Shown in pieces: positions 47,500 to 56,188 of a stretch of 64,000 nucleotides of DNA. Each line of letters begins with the position of its first letter. Position 1 is the first letter of the stretch. Both the position numbers and the translations under genes were made by a program. Source of the stretch: an uncultured bacterium (GTDB lineage Bacteria; Patescibacteriota; Patescibacteriia; UBA9570; XYC2-FULL-38-9); the NCBI GenBank assembly GCA_937996685.1, contig CALKUP010000015.1:7900-71899 (forward strand), written 5' to 3'. The notes beneath the pieces are model-generated. The model made no database searches. It saw only the letters and a program-made list of their open reading frames with translations, and was not told where the DNA came from.

Positions 47500-49974
47500 T
47501 TCATTCAGCAGCCGCTTTTTCTCTTCAAGTTCATCACGCGTTTGTTGCACTAAATGCGCTGGTGCTTTTTCAGAATATGACGGATTTGCAAGACGGCCTT
47601 CAAGAACTGTAATTGCCTGCGCAAGCTCTTCTTTCTTTCGAGCAGCAATTTCCGCTTCCACTTTTGGATCTTTTTTCTCTTCCAATTTTTTCAATTCACG
47701 TTCTTTCAATAACTGTGCAATATGCTCATGTGCATTCGTAATTTCATCTGTAAATGTATAGGCATCATTTGCTACTGGCCATTGCGCAATCAATAACAAT
47801 GAATCAAATAGCTCTAACTCTTTCGCAATAACCTCAGTTACAAATGGTGCGACTGGGTGTAATAATTTCAATACTTCTGTGAGCACATATCGCTGCATCA
47901 CACATTCAACATCATCACGCTTTGCTTCTTCTAAATACCATGCCGCAAAATCATTCCACACAAAGTCATACAACTTTGCCGGAACCAAACCAAAGCGATC
48001 ATGTTCAAAATCCGCTGTCACTTCACGGATAACATCTTGCAATGAAGCGAGGATAAGTTGATCTGGCTGCGATAAATTTTCAAACACAATGCCATCTGGC
48101 GCCGCTGGTGCTTTTTCATTCACAAACCGTGCAACGTTCCACAACTTCGTCACAAAATTCCGTGACTTCACGACCTTGTCTTCATAAAATCGCGCGTCAT
48201 TGCCGGGGGTGATATTTTCAATCAACGACATCCGCAACGCATCTGTTCCATATTCCGCAATCACATCAAGCGGATTAATGCCGTTCCCTGATGACTTACT
48301 GAATTTCTTCCCTTCTTTATCACGCAAAATTCCGTGGATGTAGACACGCTTAAACGGAATATCATCGAGCGCGTAGGTCGTCATCAAAATCATCCGCGCC
48401 ATCCAGAAAAACAAAATCTCATGGCCCATCTGCATCCAACTGGTTCCACCTTGGTGATACGTTTTCATGTCAGCTGTATCCTCTGGCCAGCCGAGCGTCG
48501 AAAATGTCCATGAGCCTGAACTAAACCAGGTGTCGAGCGTATCCTCATCTTGCGCCCAACCTTCACCCGGAGACTCAACCTGCACTTTCACCTCACCATC
48601 TTTATGCCACGCTGGAATCCGATGTCCCCACCAAATTTGCCGAGAAATATTCCAATCACGCAACCCTTCAATCCAATGGTCATACACCTTTTGAAAGCGC
48701 CCTGGAATAATCTCGATCTTTTTCGCAGCATCACCGCCGTGTCCTGTGGTCACCGCTTCACGCATAAAATCCTTCAACGTTTTTCCGCGTCCAGGAACTT
48801 CTTTGTTTACGTTAATAAACCACTGCTCCATTGGAACGGCTTCAACAATATCTCCAAAGCGATCTGACGTTGCAACATTTTGTTCAATGTCTTCTTCTGA
48901 AATCATCAAACCAGAATCACGCAGCCAATCAACGATTTTTTCACGGCACTCCGGAACAGACAATCCTGCATACGCACTTCCTGAAACAGGCAACATCTTG
49001 CCGTCTTTTCCAATCACTGGCAACACACCAATCTCTGGGTTCTTCACATACATTTCATAATCAATTTGCGCATGCGCTGTTGTCACACCCAAGGCTCCTG
49101 TTCCAAAATCTGGATCGATACCATCATCCGCAATAACTCGAATCGTTAAGTCTGCGCCCGCTCCATTTGCACCACCAAAAGCTGCAATCTCAAACGTCTG
49201 TCCAATGTATTCCTTCCACTGTCCGTCTGGATGCACCGCTACTGCCGTGTCTCCCAATTTTGTTTCTGGACGCGTTGTCGCAATCGGAATCGGAAAATCA
49301 GCGCTATATCGAAATGTATACAGCTTTGATGGTCGCGTCACATACACTAACTCATCATCCGAACACGTCGATTGCCCTTTGACAGACCAGTTCACCACGC
49401 GATAGCCGCGATAAATCAACCCGTCGTTATACATCCGAACAAACAGTTCATTGACCGCGCGATTGCGCTGTTCATCAAACGTATACGCGAGCCGATCCCA
49501 ATCAGCACTCGTTCCCATTTTCTCAATCTGATTCAAAATCGTCGCCTTGGATTGTTCAGCAAACCCACGAATCCGTTCAAGCAAACCGTCGCGCCCAAAC
49601 TCCTTGCGTGGATTATCTGACTGTTCAAACTTGCCACTTCCAATTGGCCATTCAAATTCGCCCTTCTTCAACAAGCCTTCCACTTTCGCCTGCGTTGCCA
49701 CTGCTGCGTGATCTGTTCCTGGAAGCAACAACGCTCGTTTGCCGCGCATCCGTTCAAACCGAATTTTCGCATCCAGCAATGTGTTTTCAAGCGCATGTCC
49801 CAAATGCAGCACTCCTGTCACATTCGGCGGTGGCATCATCACAGCGAACGGCTCTCGCCCTTCAGCGTCCAGCAAATTTTCTGGGTGAAAAAAACCGCTG
49901 TTTTTCCAAGCAGCGTAGATCTCATTTTCATACTGTTGTGGGTTGTACTGTTTTTCCATACGCTTAACAATCAA
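47494..49974 (-). CDS. valS: valyl-tRNA synthetase
   Basis: PPPNVTGVLHLGHA (HIGH region), KFSKSSGN (KMSKS), editing domain, and a C-terminal coiled coil, as is usual for ValRS. Confidence 0.9.
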   Translation of the reverse strand: MIVKRMEKQYNPQQYENEIYAAWKNSGFFHPENLLDAEGREPFAVMMPPPNVTGVLHLGHALENTLLDAKIRFERMRGKRALLLPGTDHAAVATQAKVEGLLKKGEFEWPIGSGKFEQSDNPRKEFGRDGLLERIRGFAEQSKATILNQIEKMGTSADWDRLAYTFDEQRNRAVNELFVRMYNDGLIYRGYRVVNWSVKGQSTCSDDELVYVTRPSKLYTFRYSADFPIPIATTRPETKLGDTAVAVHPDGQWKEYIGQTFEIAAFGGANGAGADLTIRVIADDGIDPDFGTGALGVTTAHAQIDYEMYVKNPEIGVLPVIGKDGKMLPVSGSAYAGLSVPECREKIVDWLRDSGLMISEEDIEQNVATSDRFGDIVEAVPMEQWFINVNKEVPGRGKTLKDFMREAVTTGHGGDAAKKIEIIPGRFQKVYDHWIEGLRDWNISRQIWWGHRIPAWHKDGEVKVQVESPGEGWAQDEDTLDTWFSSGSWTFSTLGWPEDTADMKTYHQGGTSWMQMGHEILFFWMARMILMTTYALDDIPFKRVYIHGILRDKEGKKFSKSSGNGINPLDVIAEYGTDALRMSLIENITPGNDARFYEDKVVKSRNFVTKLWNVARFVNEKAPAAPDGIVFENLSQPDQLILASLQDVIREVTADFEHDRFGLVPAKLYDFVWNDFAAWYLEEAKRDDVECVMQRYVLTEVLKLLHPVAPFVTEVIAKELELFDSLLLIAQWPVANDAYTFTDEITNAHEHIAQLLKERELKKLEEKKDPKVEAEIAARKKEELAQAITVLEGRLANPSYSEKAPAHLVQQTRDELEEKKRLLNEL

Positions 49975-49985
49975 AATATACCGAT

Positions 49986-50981
49986 TTATTCTTGCACTAC
50001 TTTAATATAGTGACCTTTCGCCTGCTGTGCAAGAAACACTTCATTTGATGCTTCAAGACTTGGGTCAAGCTCCGAAATACGTTGCAATGATTTTGCGCCG
50101 CCGCTCTCGACCATCACAAACGGATCAACCAGTCGAATCTTCGGGCGAATGTGATAATCATAGTCTGTTGCATTCTCCTCAACAGCAACATGTTCCATAT
50201 CATGCAAATATTTTCGAATTTGCGGATTTTCACTGTGTCGCATTTTTTGATACACCTCTTCATCAGTCGTGAACAAATCTTCAAATGTAATCTCCCCTGT
50301 TTCTAAACCTTCTTTTAAGGCATTACTCAATAAATAATAGAGCGCTGCTTGCAACGGATGTGCCCACAACTTTTCATTCGCGCCGCGATACACCAATGCA
50401 AATTGCCGCGCCAAGTCGACTGTTTGAAATGCGATCTCACCTTGATAGACCGTCATATCTTCGACCATCTTCCGCGCGTCTCGCAAATCAAGCTGCTTGT
50501 CTGTCACGCAATCGCGAAAAAAATAATCGATTCTGTCAGCGCACAAATTCGGCAAACTACTTTCTGCTAAATGAAACGATTTTTTATCCAGCAACTTCCA
50601 AACAGATAATCCATGTCGCTTCAAAATTTGTGGGATATCTGAACTAAATAAAATCTTTTCATGAAATCGATCATGAAAAGTTTGTGACGCATCTTCGAAG
50701 ACAACGTCAGAGACATGTGAAAAGGCGGTGTGTGGCGTGTCATGCAATAACCCAGCAATTTGCTCGAGTAACGGTGCGCCCAGTTTCCGCAAAATGAAGT
50801 AGACACCAACACTGTGCTCAAATCGAGTGGTTGTAAGATGTGGGAAACGATAAAACGCTGCTCCGTATTGATTAATCTTCTTCAAGCGTTGCAGCGGCGC
50901 ACTTTCAAGCAACTCAATAATTACTGGTTCATCAATGGTGAAGCTTCCGTAAATCCGATCTGTATATTCCATAAAAACCAT
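49986..50981 (-). CDS. HD-domain phosphohydrolase (COG1078 / dNTP triphosphohydrolase-like)
   Basis: RFEHSVGV...LLHDTPHTAFSH...DRIDY motifs. Confidence 0.75.
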   Translation of the reverse strand: MVFMEYTDRIYGSFTIDEPVIIELLESAPLQRLKKINQYGAAFYRFPHLTTTRFEHSVGVYFILRKLGAPLLEQIAGLLHDTPHTAFSHVSDVVFEDASQTFHDRFHEKILFSSDIPQILKRHGLSVWKLLDKKSFHLAESSLPNLCADRIDYFFRDCVTDKQLDLRDARKMVEDMTVYQGEIAFQTVDLARQFALVYRGANEKLWAHPLQAALYYLLSNALKEGLETGEITFEDLFTTDEEVYQKMRHSENPQIRKYLHDMEHVAVEENATDYDYHIRPKIRLVDPFVMVESGGAKSLQRISELDPSLEASNEVFLAQQAKGHYIKVVQE

Positions 50982-51118
50982 TCAATAATACCTCTATTTT
51001 ACTATAAAAATGGCCCTTCGTCAATAAAAAAAGGCCCCGAAACAGCAACGCGACGTTGTCTGCTATTCCGAGACCGTGGACGTGAGCCCTCCGCTGCACC
51101 CTCTTCGACGAAGCGCGG

Positions 51119-51496
51119 CTAGGCCGCTTCTGGCAGCTCCGGCGGATCTTCGTCTTCATCTGAGAAGTCCTCGCCGATCGTCCAGCCAAGTGACCCCAGG
51201 AACGCCTGGCACCACTTTCGAGCGGCGGCGCAGGTCAATGCGGCGGCGCCGGTTTTATCTCCTTCTGCCGGAAGGCGAAACACAACCTGGATGGAAATCC
51301 GTTCTCCTTCAGGTGAAATGATCCACAGTCCTGGCCCACCCGGTGACGACGGAGTAATAACAGCGTACGAAATGCCGTCAAGAACTCCTTCTGCGACCCG
51401 ATAGTGACGCAGGTGAACCAACTTCTCTCCATCATGCCAAGTGATCACCTGCGAAGAACGCGCACCCTGATATACATCGATTCGATTGGTCCCCAT
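51119..51496 (-). CDS. hypothetical protein in a GC-rich insert
   Basis: ATG (MGTNRIDVYQ...) with a GGAGA SD is preferred over the track's TTG at 51559. ~60% GC. Confidence 0.45.
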   Translation of the reverse strand: MGTNRIDVYQGARSSQVITWHDGEKLVHLRHYRVAEGVLDGISYAVITPSSPGGPGLWIISPEGERISIQVVFRLPAEGDKTGAAALTCAAARKWCQAFLGSLGWTIGEDFSDEDEDPPELPEAA

Positions 51497-51602
51497 GACT
51501 CGTTTCTCCGTGCGTGAATGTGCATACTCTAACCTATCAAACGATGCGTCATTTGACAATCACCTATTGCACATAGTTTTCAGAGGTGTATACTAGCGCT
51601 AT

Positions 51603-52163
51603 ATGTCACTCGGGAAACTCGAACAACTGATCATGAACCACATTTGGGAGCACTACGCTGACACGCCTTTTACTGTCCGTGACGTGACAGCAACACTCAC
51701 CCGAGAATGCGGCACTGAATACGCCTACAACACGATTCTCACCGTTGTCACCCATTTATTTCAAAAGGAATTACTCCTTCGCCGCAAGATCGGCAAAACC
51801 TGCGTCTACCGAATAGCGGTTTCAAAAAACGACTACGTTGAATTGCTGAGCAAAAAAGTATTCACTGACATGAAAAAGCAATACGGTAAAATCGCTGTTG
51901 CCCATTTTGCCAATCTCGTTGATAGCCTTGATTCAAAAACACTGAAATCCGCACGCGACTATATCAAACAACATCAACTCGCTTTTTTTCTTGGACTTGC
52001 CAGCGCTCTCCTCTTTTTACAAACCCCTGTCCTGGCTGATGTTCGTGATTTCTTTTTTGTCGACTCCCAAGAAACCTGCACCGCCACTGCCGGACAATCC
52101 CACGAGGTTCAATCTCGTAATCTGAAACTACAAAGCCACGAAACTCCTGGGCGTTGTAGTTAA
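51603..52163 (+). CDS. BlaI/MecI/CopY-family transcriptional repressor-like protein with a hydrophobic C-terminal extension
   Basis: LEQLIMNHIW...TVRDV...YNTILTVVTHLFQKELLLRRKIGKTCVYR winged helix. Confidence 0.6.
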   Translation: MSLGKLEQLIMNHIWEHYADTPFTVRDVTATLTRECGTEYAYNTILTVVTHLFQKELLLRRKIGKTCVYRIAVSKNDYVELLSKKVFTDMKKQYGKIAVAHFANLVDSLDSKTLKSARDYIKQHQLAFFLGLASALLFLQTPVLADVRDFFFVDSQETCTATAGQSHEVQSRNLKLQSHETPGRCS

Positions 52164-52244
52164 CAAGACGCACGATTGTCTTGCACATATTTTCAAAATC
52201 AACTATCCTATATAGGTGATTAATTAAACAATATTTTATTTCGT

Positions 52245-53027
52245 ATGGAAGAACAAAAACCATCAATGCCGACACCACAAAAAGGTGAGAGCGTCTTCAG
52301 TGCGATGCCTCCAAAATTTGCATTCTGGGCTGGTATCGTTGCAGCAACTGCTGTGATCTCTTTAGTTGGATTCGGTATCATGCTCTACATCTTGTTGAGC
52401 GGAACTGAAATCGGCAGTAAAACAACAACGACTACAACGACAACAAACGCTGCTGCTGCAAACACAAATGCAGCCGCTGCCGCAGACCCAACACCGTCTG
52501 GTACAATCGATTCAAAAGATGTGCGCAACGTGACTGGAAAAGGTGATTTCACATTGTTGGAATTCTCTGATCTTGATTGCCCATTCTGTAAACAATTTCA
52601 CCCAACAGTGGAACAAGTCTTAAAAGACTATGACGGCAAAGTCAAAGTCGCTTTCATGCACTTCCCTCTCAGTATTCATCCAGGCGCGCAAGGAGCTGCT
52701 GAAGCTGCTGAATGCGCTGCGGAACAAGGAAAATTCTGGGAATTCATCAACGATCATTTCACTACACAGTCAACAAACATGACAGCAGATCAACATGCTG
52801 ATGCTGCAGAAAAACTTGGCATGAACAAAGACAAATTCAAAAAATGTCTTGCTGATGGAACTGGAAAAAGTCGAATCACTTCTGACGCTGCAATGGCGCA
52901 AAAGTTCGGCGCGCAAGGAACTCCATATTCTTTGATTCTTGATAAAAAAGGCAACATCGTTGGCAGTATCAACGGTGCACTCCCAATTGCTCAAGTAAAA
53001 GCAACATTGGACGGCTTAGTAAAATAA
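52245..53027 (+). CDS. DsbA-family thiol:disulfide oxidoreductase (membrane-anchored)
   Basis: N-terminal TM, Thr/Ala-rich linker, and CPFC active site (DLDCPFCKQFHP). Confidence 0.8.
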   Translation: MEEQKPSMPTPQKGESVFSAMPPKFAFWAGIVAATAVISLVGFGIMLYILLSGTEIGSKTTTTTTTTNAAAANTNAAAAADPTPSGTIDSKDVRNVTGKGDFTLLEFSDLDCPFCKQFHPTVEQVLKDYDGKVKVAFMHFPLSIHPGAQGAAEAAECAAEQGKFWEFINDHFTTQSTNMTADQHADAAEKLGMNKDKFKKCLADGTGKSRITSDAAMAQKFGAQGTPYSLILDKKGNIVGSINGALPIAQVKATLDGLVK

Positions 53028-53046
53028 GCAACCCTCGTTCAATACA

Positions 53047-53075
53047 GAAAAGCCCGGATCTTCCGGGTTTTTTGT
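53047..53075 (+). terminator. intrinsic terminator
   Basis: AAAAGCCCGGA-TCTT-CCGGGTTTTTTG. Confidence 0.65.
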
Positions 53076-53130
53076 TTGACAGTTTTGCGCCAGTCTGAAA
53101 AGATGCGCGCACAACCACAAGGGGTGTCCT

Positions 53131-53814
53131 TTGAACAATCCTGAAATCTCGTCCTCCCAGCCCAACACTCGCTTCCAGCGGTTCGCCGCCTGGTACAGCA
53201 ATGCGATCAACAAGCTGGTTCCGGCACACTGGTCACCGAACATGTTGACGTTGCCGCGTGTGCCGCTGGCCTATATCGCGATTGGATTCTTCTCGTTCGA
53301 CTACTTCATCGCGGCGTTCATCGCGGCCTGTCTGGTGGACGTCACGGACTTCGTCGATGGCATCATCGCCCGGTCGCGCAATCAAGTGACGACCTTCGGC
53401 AAGTTCTTCGACCCGATCGCTGATGCGCACGGTCGCTGGATCTTGTTTTTCGGTCTCTGGCATTACGCCGGAGTCGGACACGTCAGCATGATCCTCGGAA
53501 TCTTGTTCCGTGACATGGCGATCGCGTTTCTGCGCCAATACGCAGCGAGCACCAACACAGTTCTCGCAGCCCGAGACAGCGGTAAACTGAAGGCTGTTGT
53601 CCAGTGGATCTGCACAGATACCATGTTCGGCCTCATTGCGATCTACGGTACAGAGAACCCCATTGTCTGGCGCATTGTCACAACCTTGATGGGGATTTCA
53701 GCAGCCATTTCGCTGTGGTCGCTCGTTGAGTACACGACCGCTTACCGGTCACTGCTCTCAGACGGCTTCTGGGACCGGAAACCGCAAGACACCAACGAGA
53801 ACGGTCAGGTATAA
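53131..53814 (+). CDS. CDP-alcohol phosphatidyltransferase family protein (PgsA-like)
   Basis: DFVDGIIAR...G...D...D signature. GC-rich (~58%) with SD AAGGGG and a TTG start. Confidence 0.8.
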   Translation: MNNPEISSSQPNTRFQRFAAWYSNAINKLVPAHWSPNMLTLPRVPLAYIAIGFFSFDYFIAAFIAACLVDVTDFVDGIIARSRNQVTTFGKFFDPIADAHGRWILFFGLWHYAGVGHVSMILGILFRDMAIAFLRQYAASTNTVLAARDSGKLKAVVQWICTDTMFGLIAIYGTENPIVWRIVTTLMGISAAISLWSLVEYTTAYRSLLSDGFWDRKPQDTNENGQV

Positions 53815-53916
53815 ATCGGCAACAAGCAGGGTGTGCCACAACAGCTGCCCGCCCGCCTATCGCCGATTTCCTTTTTCTATTACAACACACAATCTTCAAG
53901 TACCATTTCACCGCAA

Positions 53917-53947
53917 ACAAAAAACCCGGAACATGTCCGGGCTTTTG
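53917..53947. terminator. bidirectional intrinsic terminator
   Basis: AAAAAACCCGGA-ACATG-TCCGGGCTTTTG between convergent genes. Confidence 0.65.
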
Positions 53948-53967
53948 TATCTATGTGATTGAAGCTA

Positions 53968-54798
53968 TTAGTCAACAGTTTCAACGTATTCGATCAGTGT
54001 ACCTGAACCCATGCCGAGTGCGTATGCTGCACTTTTACCTTGTTGCATGATTTCGAGGAATCGTTTTTCACCCATACCAGATGATCCGATTGTGAATGCC
54101 ACAGTGTTATCTGGGATATCCTTCAAACGGTTGTAGCATGGCAAACGAAGTTGTTTGTTTGGTCCAACACGGACAATTACATTCTTCCCAACTTCAAAGT
54201 TTACTTCTTCTGGCAAGATGTTTGTCTTCAAGTTACCGAATGAATCAACCCAACATACTGCATTTGGGATGAGTGGCACTTGTGTGAATGTATCTGTTTT
54301 TGGCAGTTGTTCACCAGCCATGATATGAGCCGCAAGTCGTGGCAAATAGTCAAAACTACGGAACTGCGTGTTAATAATGTGCTCTTGCTTTTCTGGACTC
54401 AATCCTTGCATGTGTGGCACAACAGATGGAATGTCATAAATATCAACAGTGATATCATGATCAAGCAACTTTTGCACAAGACTTAAGATATATCCATCAA
54501 TGGTTGTAAAAATATCCAATTCACCGATTCGGAAATGACCGAATGGAGTACCGTTTGGCCATTTTTTCGCATGACCTTCGCGACGAGCAACGTTTGCAAG
54601 GATAACGCCAGGAGCGCCATCATACGCATCAATCATATCAACTAAGTTGATTGCCGCTTCAATATCATCGCGGACACCAACAAACGTGATGTTGCTATCT
54701 TTAAAGAGAGTTGCAACACGTGATTTTAAACGACCTTGTGTATTATCATCTCGGCAATCCGAAATGTATACAACGGGGTGGGAGTAGTTTTCAACCAT
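53968..54798 (-). CDS. possible SAM hydroxide adenosyltransferase (DUF62) family protein (tentative)
   Basis: 276 aa; architecture loosely resembles DUF62/SalL-like proteins (N-terminal ISDCRDDNTQG...). Not verified. Confidence 0.4.
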   Translation of the reverse strand: MVENYSHPVVYISDCRDDNTQGRLKSRVATLFKDSNITFVGVRDDIEAAINLVDMIDAYDGAPGVILANVARREGHAKKWPNGTPFGHFRIGELDIFTTIDGYILSLVQKLLDHDITVDIYDIPSVVPHMQGLSPEKQEHIINTQFRSFDYLPRLAAHIMAGEQLPKTDTFTQVPLIPNAVCWVDSFGNLKTNILPEEVNFEVGKNVIVRVGPNKQLRLPCYNRLKDIPDNTVAFTIGSSGMGEKRFLEIMQQGKSAAYALGMGSGTLIEYVETVD

Positions 54799-55109
54799 AG
54801 GATGAAAAAATGTTAAGTGTTAAGTTCTTTTAGGCACTAATGATAGCACAAAACAACTCTTTTTTCAAGTCCTGCCCCCAAAGCACTATAAAATCACAGG
54901 ATTTAATAAGAAAAGGGTCGAAACGCTTGAGGAGATCCGAAGATCAATCTTCAAGCTGCTCAACCAACGCGGTCAACGCGGCGATTGCCGCCAGAACGAG
55001 CACAACCACTGCGGTCCGTACCAGATCCATGACTCACCTCCAATGTCACCCTACAGAACAATTGACGGAAAAGCAAGGATTATGTATAGTATTCGAGCTA
55101 GATTGATTT

Positions 55110-55184
55110 GCTCGCATCGTCTAATGGTTAGGACACCAGGTTTTCATCCTGGCAATCGGGGTTCGATTCCCCGTGCGAGTACCA
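55110..55184 (+). tRNA. tRNA-Glu (anticodon TTC), CCA encoded
   Basis: GCTCGCATCGTCTAATGGTTAGGACACCAGGTTTTCATCCTGGCAATCGGGGTTCGATTCCCCGTGCGAGTACCA. Anticodon loop TTTTCAT. Confidence 0.85.
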
Positions 55185-55320
55185 AAGAGAAAAGTCGTCC
55201 TCCTGGGCGGCTTTTTCTTTTGCTTTCTTGCAAAGGGGAATCGACGATTCACCAGCTTGTGCCCCGGAGGGGTATGCGAGTACCAAAGAGAAAAGTCGTC
55301 CTGCTGGGCGGCTTTTTTGT
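55175..55320 (+). repeat. tandem ~47-bp direct repeat: tRNA-Glu 3' end plus terminator duplicated 99 bp downstream
   Basis: GCGAGTACCAAAGAGAAAAGTCGTCCT[C/G]CTGGGCGGCTTTTT at 55175-55221 and again at 55274-55320. The second copy is preceded by a degenerate T-arm-like CCCCGGAGGGG. Confidence 0.6.
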
Positions 55321-55374
55321 TGCGCACATTTCAAAAAATCAGTATAATTGAGCGGATAGAAAAAATACAAACCT

Positions 55375-55956
55375 ATGTCCGCAGTTGAAGAATTCGCCCG
55401 TAAAATGGAAGAGCTTGATGCTCAAGAAGTCCAATATACAGAAGACTTTTTTCGACGTGAGTTCGGCGGTCTCGACACACCGTTTCATCCAAATGCTGAA
55501 TCTGACACCGCAGACCTCATTCGTGACACCGGCGCTCACCTCCCAAAGACCAATATGGCGCCAAGTTACTCTGGAAAAGACATTGATGAAACCTGGCTCA
55601 CAGAAGACGCTGTTTCCTATGAAGGAGAGCTCGCAGTCGACGTTTTTCACACAGAAACAGAACTGATTATTACCTCAACAGTTGCTGGCGTCCGCAAAGA
55701 AGACCTTGATATTGATATGAATGGCGACATGATCACGATCCGCGGCATCCGACGTCCACAATTTGCTCATATCCCAGAAGATGACTTTTTTGTCCGCGAA
55801 TGCTATTGGGGCGGCTTTTCTCGCAGTATTATCTTGCCGATTGATATTCAGTATGATAAGGTCCGCGCAACACTAGAAAACGGCATTTTAACGATTGCGC
55901 TGCCGAAGGCAACACACTCAAAAAACGGGAAAATCGCCATTGAAGAAGTGTCTTAA
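55375..55956 (+). CDS. Hsp20/alpha-crystallin small heat-shock protein
   Basis: ACD motifs: ELAVDVFHTETELIITSTVAGV...GILTIALPK. Confidence 0.85.
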   Translation: MSAVEEFARKMEELDAQEVQYTEDFFRREFGGLDTPFHPNAESDTADLIRDTGAHLPKTNMAPSYSGKDIDETWLTEDAVSYEGELAVDVFHTETELIITSTVAGVRKEDLDIDMNGDMITIRGIRRPQFAHIPEDDFFVRECYWGGFSRSIILPIDIQYDKVRATLENGILTIALPKATHSKNGKIAIEEVS

Positions 55957-55984
55957 ATTACACAAGCATATATCTCCATTATAT

Positions 55985-56188
55985 ATGATGGGAACCTCAC
56001 AACGCGTTCGCGTTACTGCCATAGATGAAAACAACATCACTGTAGAAACACCTGATGGCGCTGTGTTTTCATGGCCACGAAAAAATGCCGCCAGTGAATT
56101 ACTGCCTGTTGCTGTAAATGACGAACTTGTCCTCACTCTTACCTCTTCTGACAACCTCTTAAACGATTTACTGACCAAACATGAATAA
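55985..56188 (+). CDS. DUF3006-like small protein
   Basis: MMGTSQRVRVTAIDENNITVETPDGAVFSWPRK... is my preferred start; the track ORF begins at 55895. Confidence 0.45.
   Translation: MMGTSQRVRVTAIDENNITVETPDGAVFSWPRKNAASELLPVAVNDELVLTLTSSDNLLNDLLTKHE

Noticed and set aside
55043-55370. ORFs 55043..55351 (+) and 55121..55370 (-)
   Set aside because: They overlap tRNA-Glu and the tandem terminator repeat. The repetitive translation reflects the DNA repeat, not a gene.
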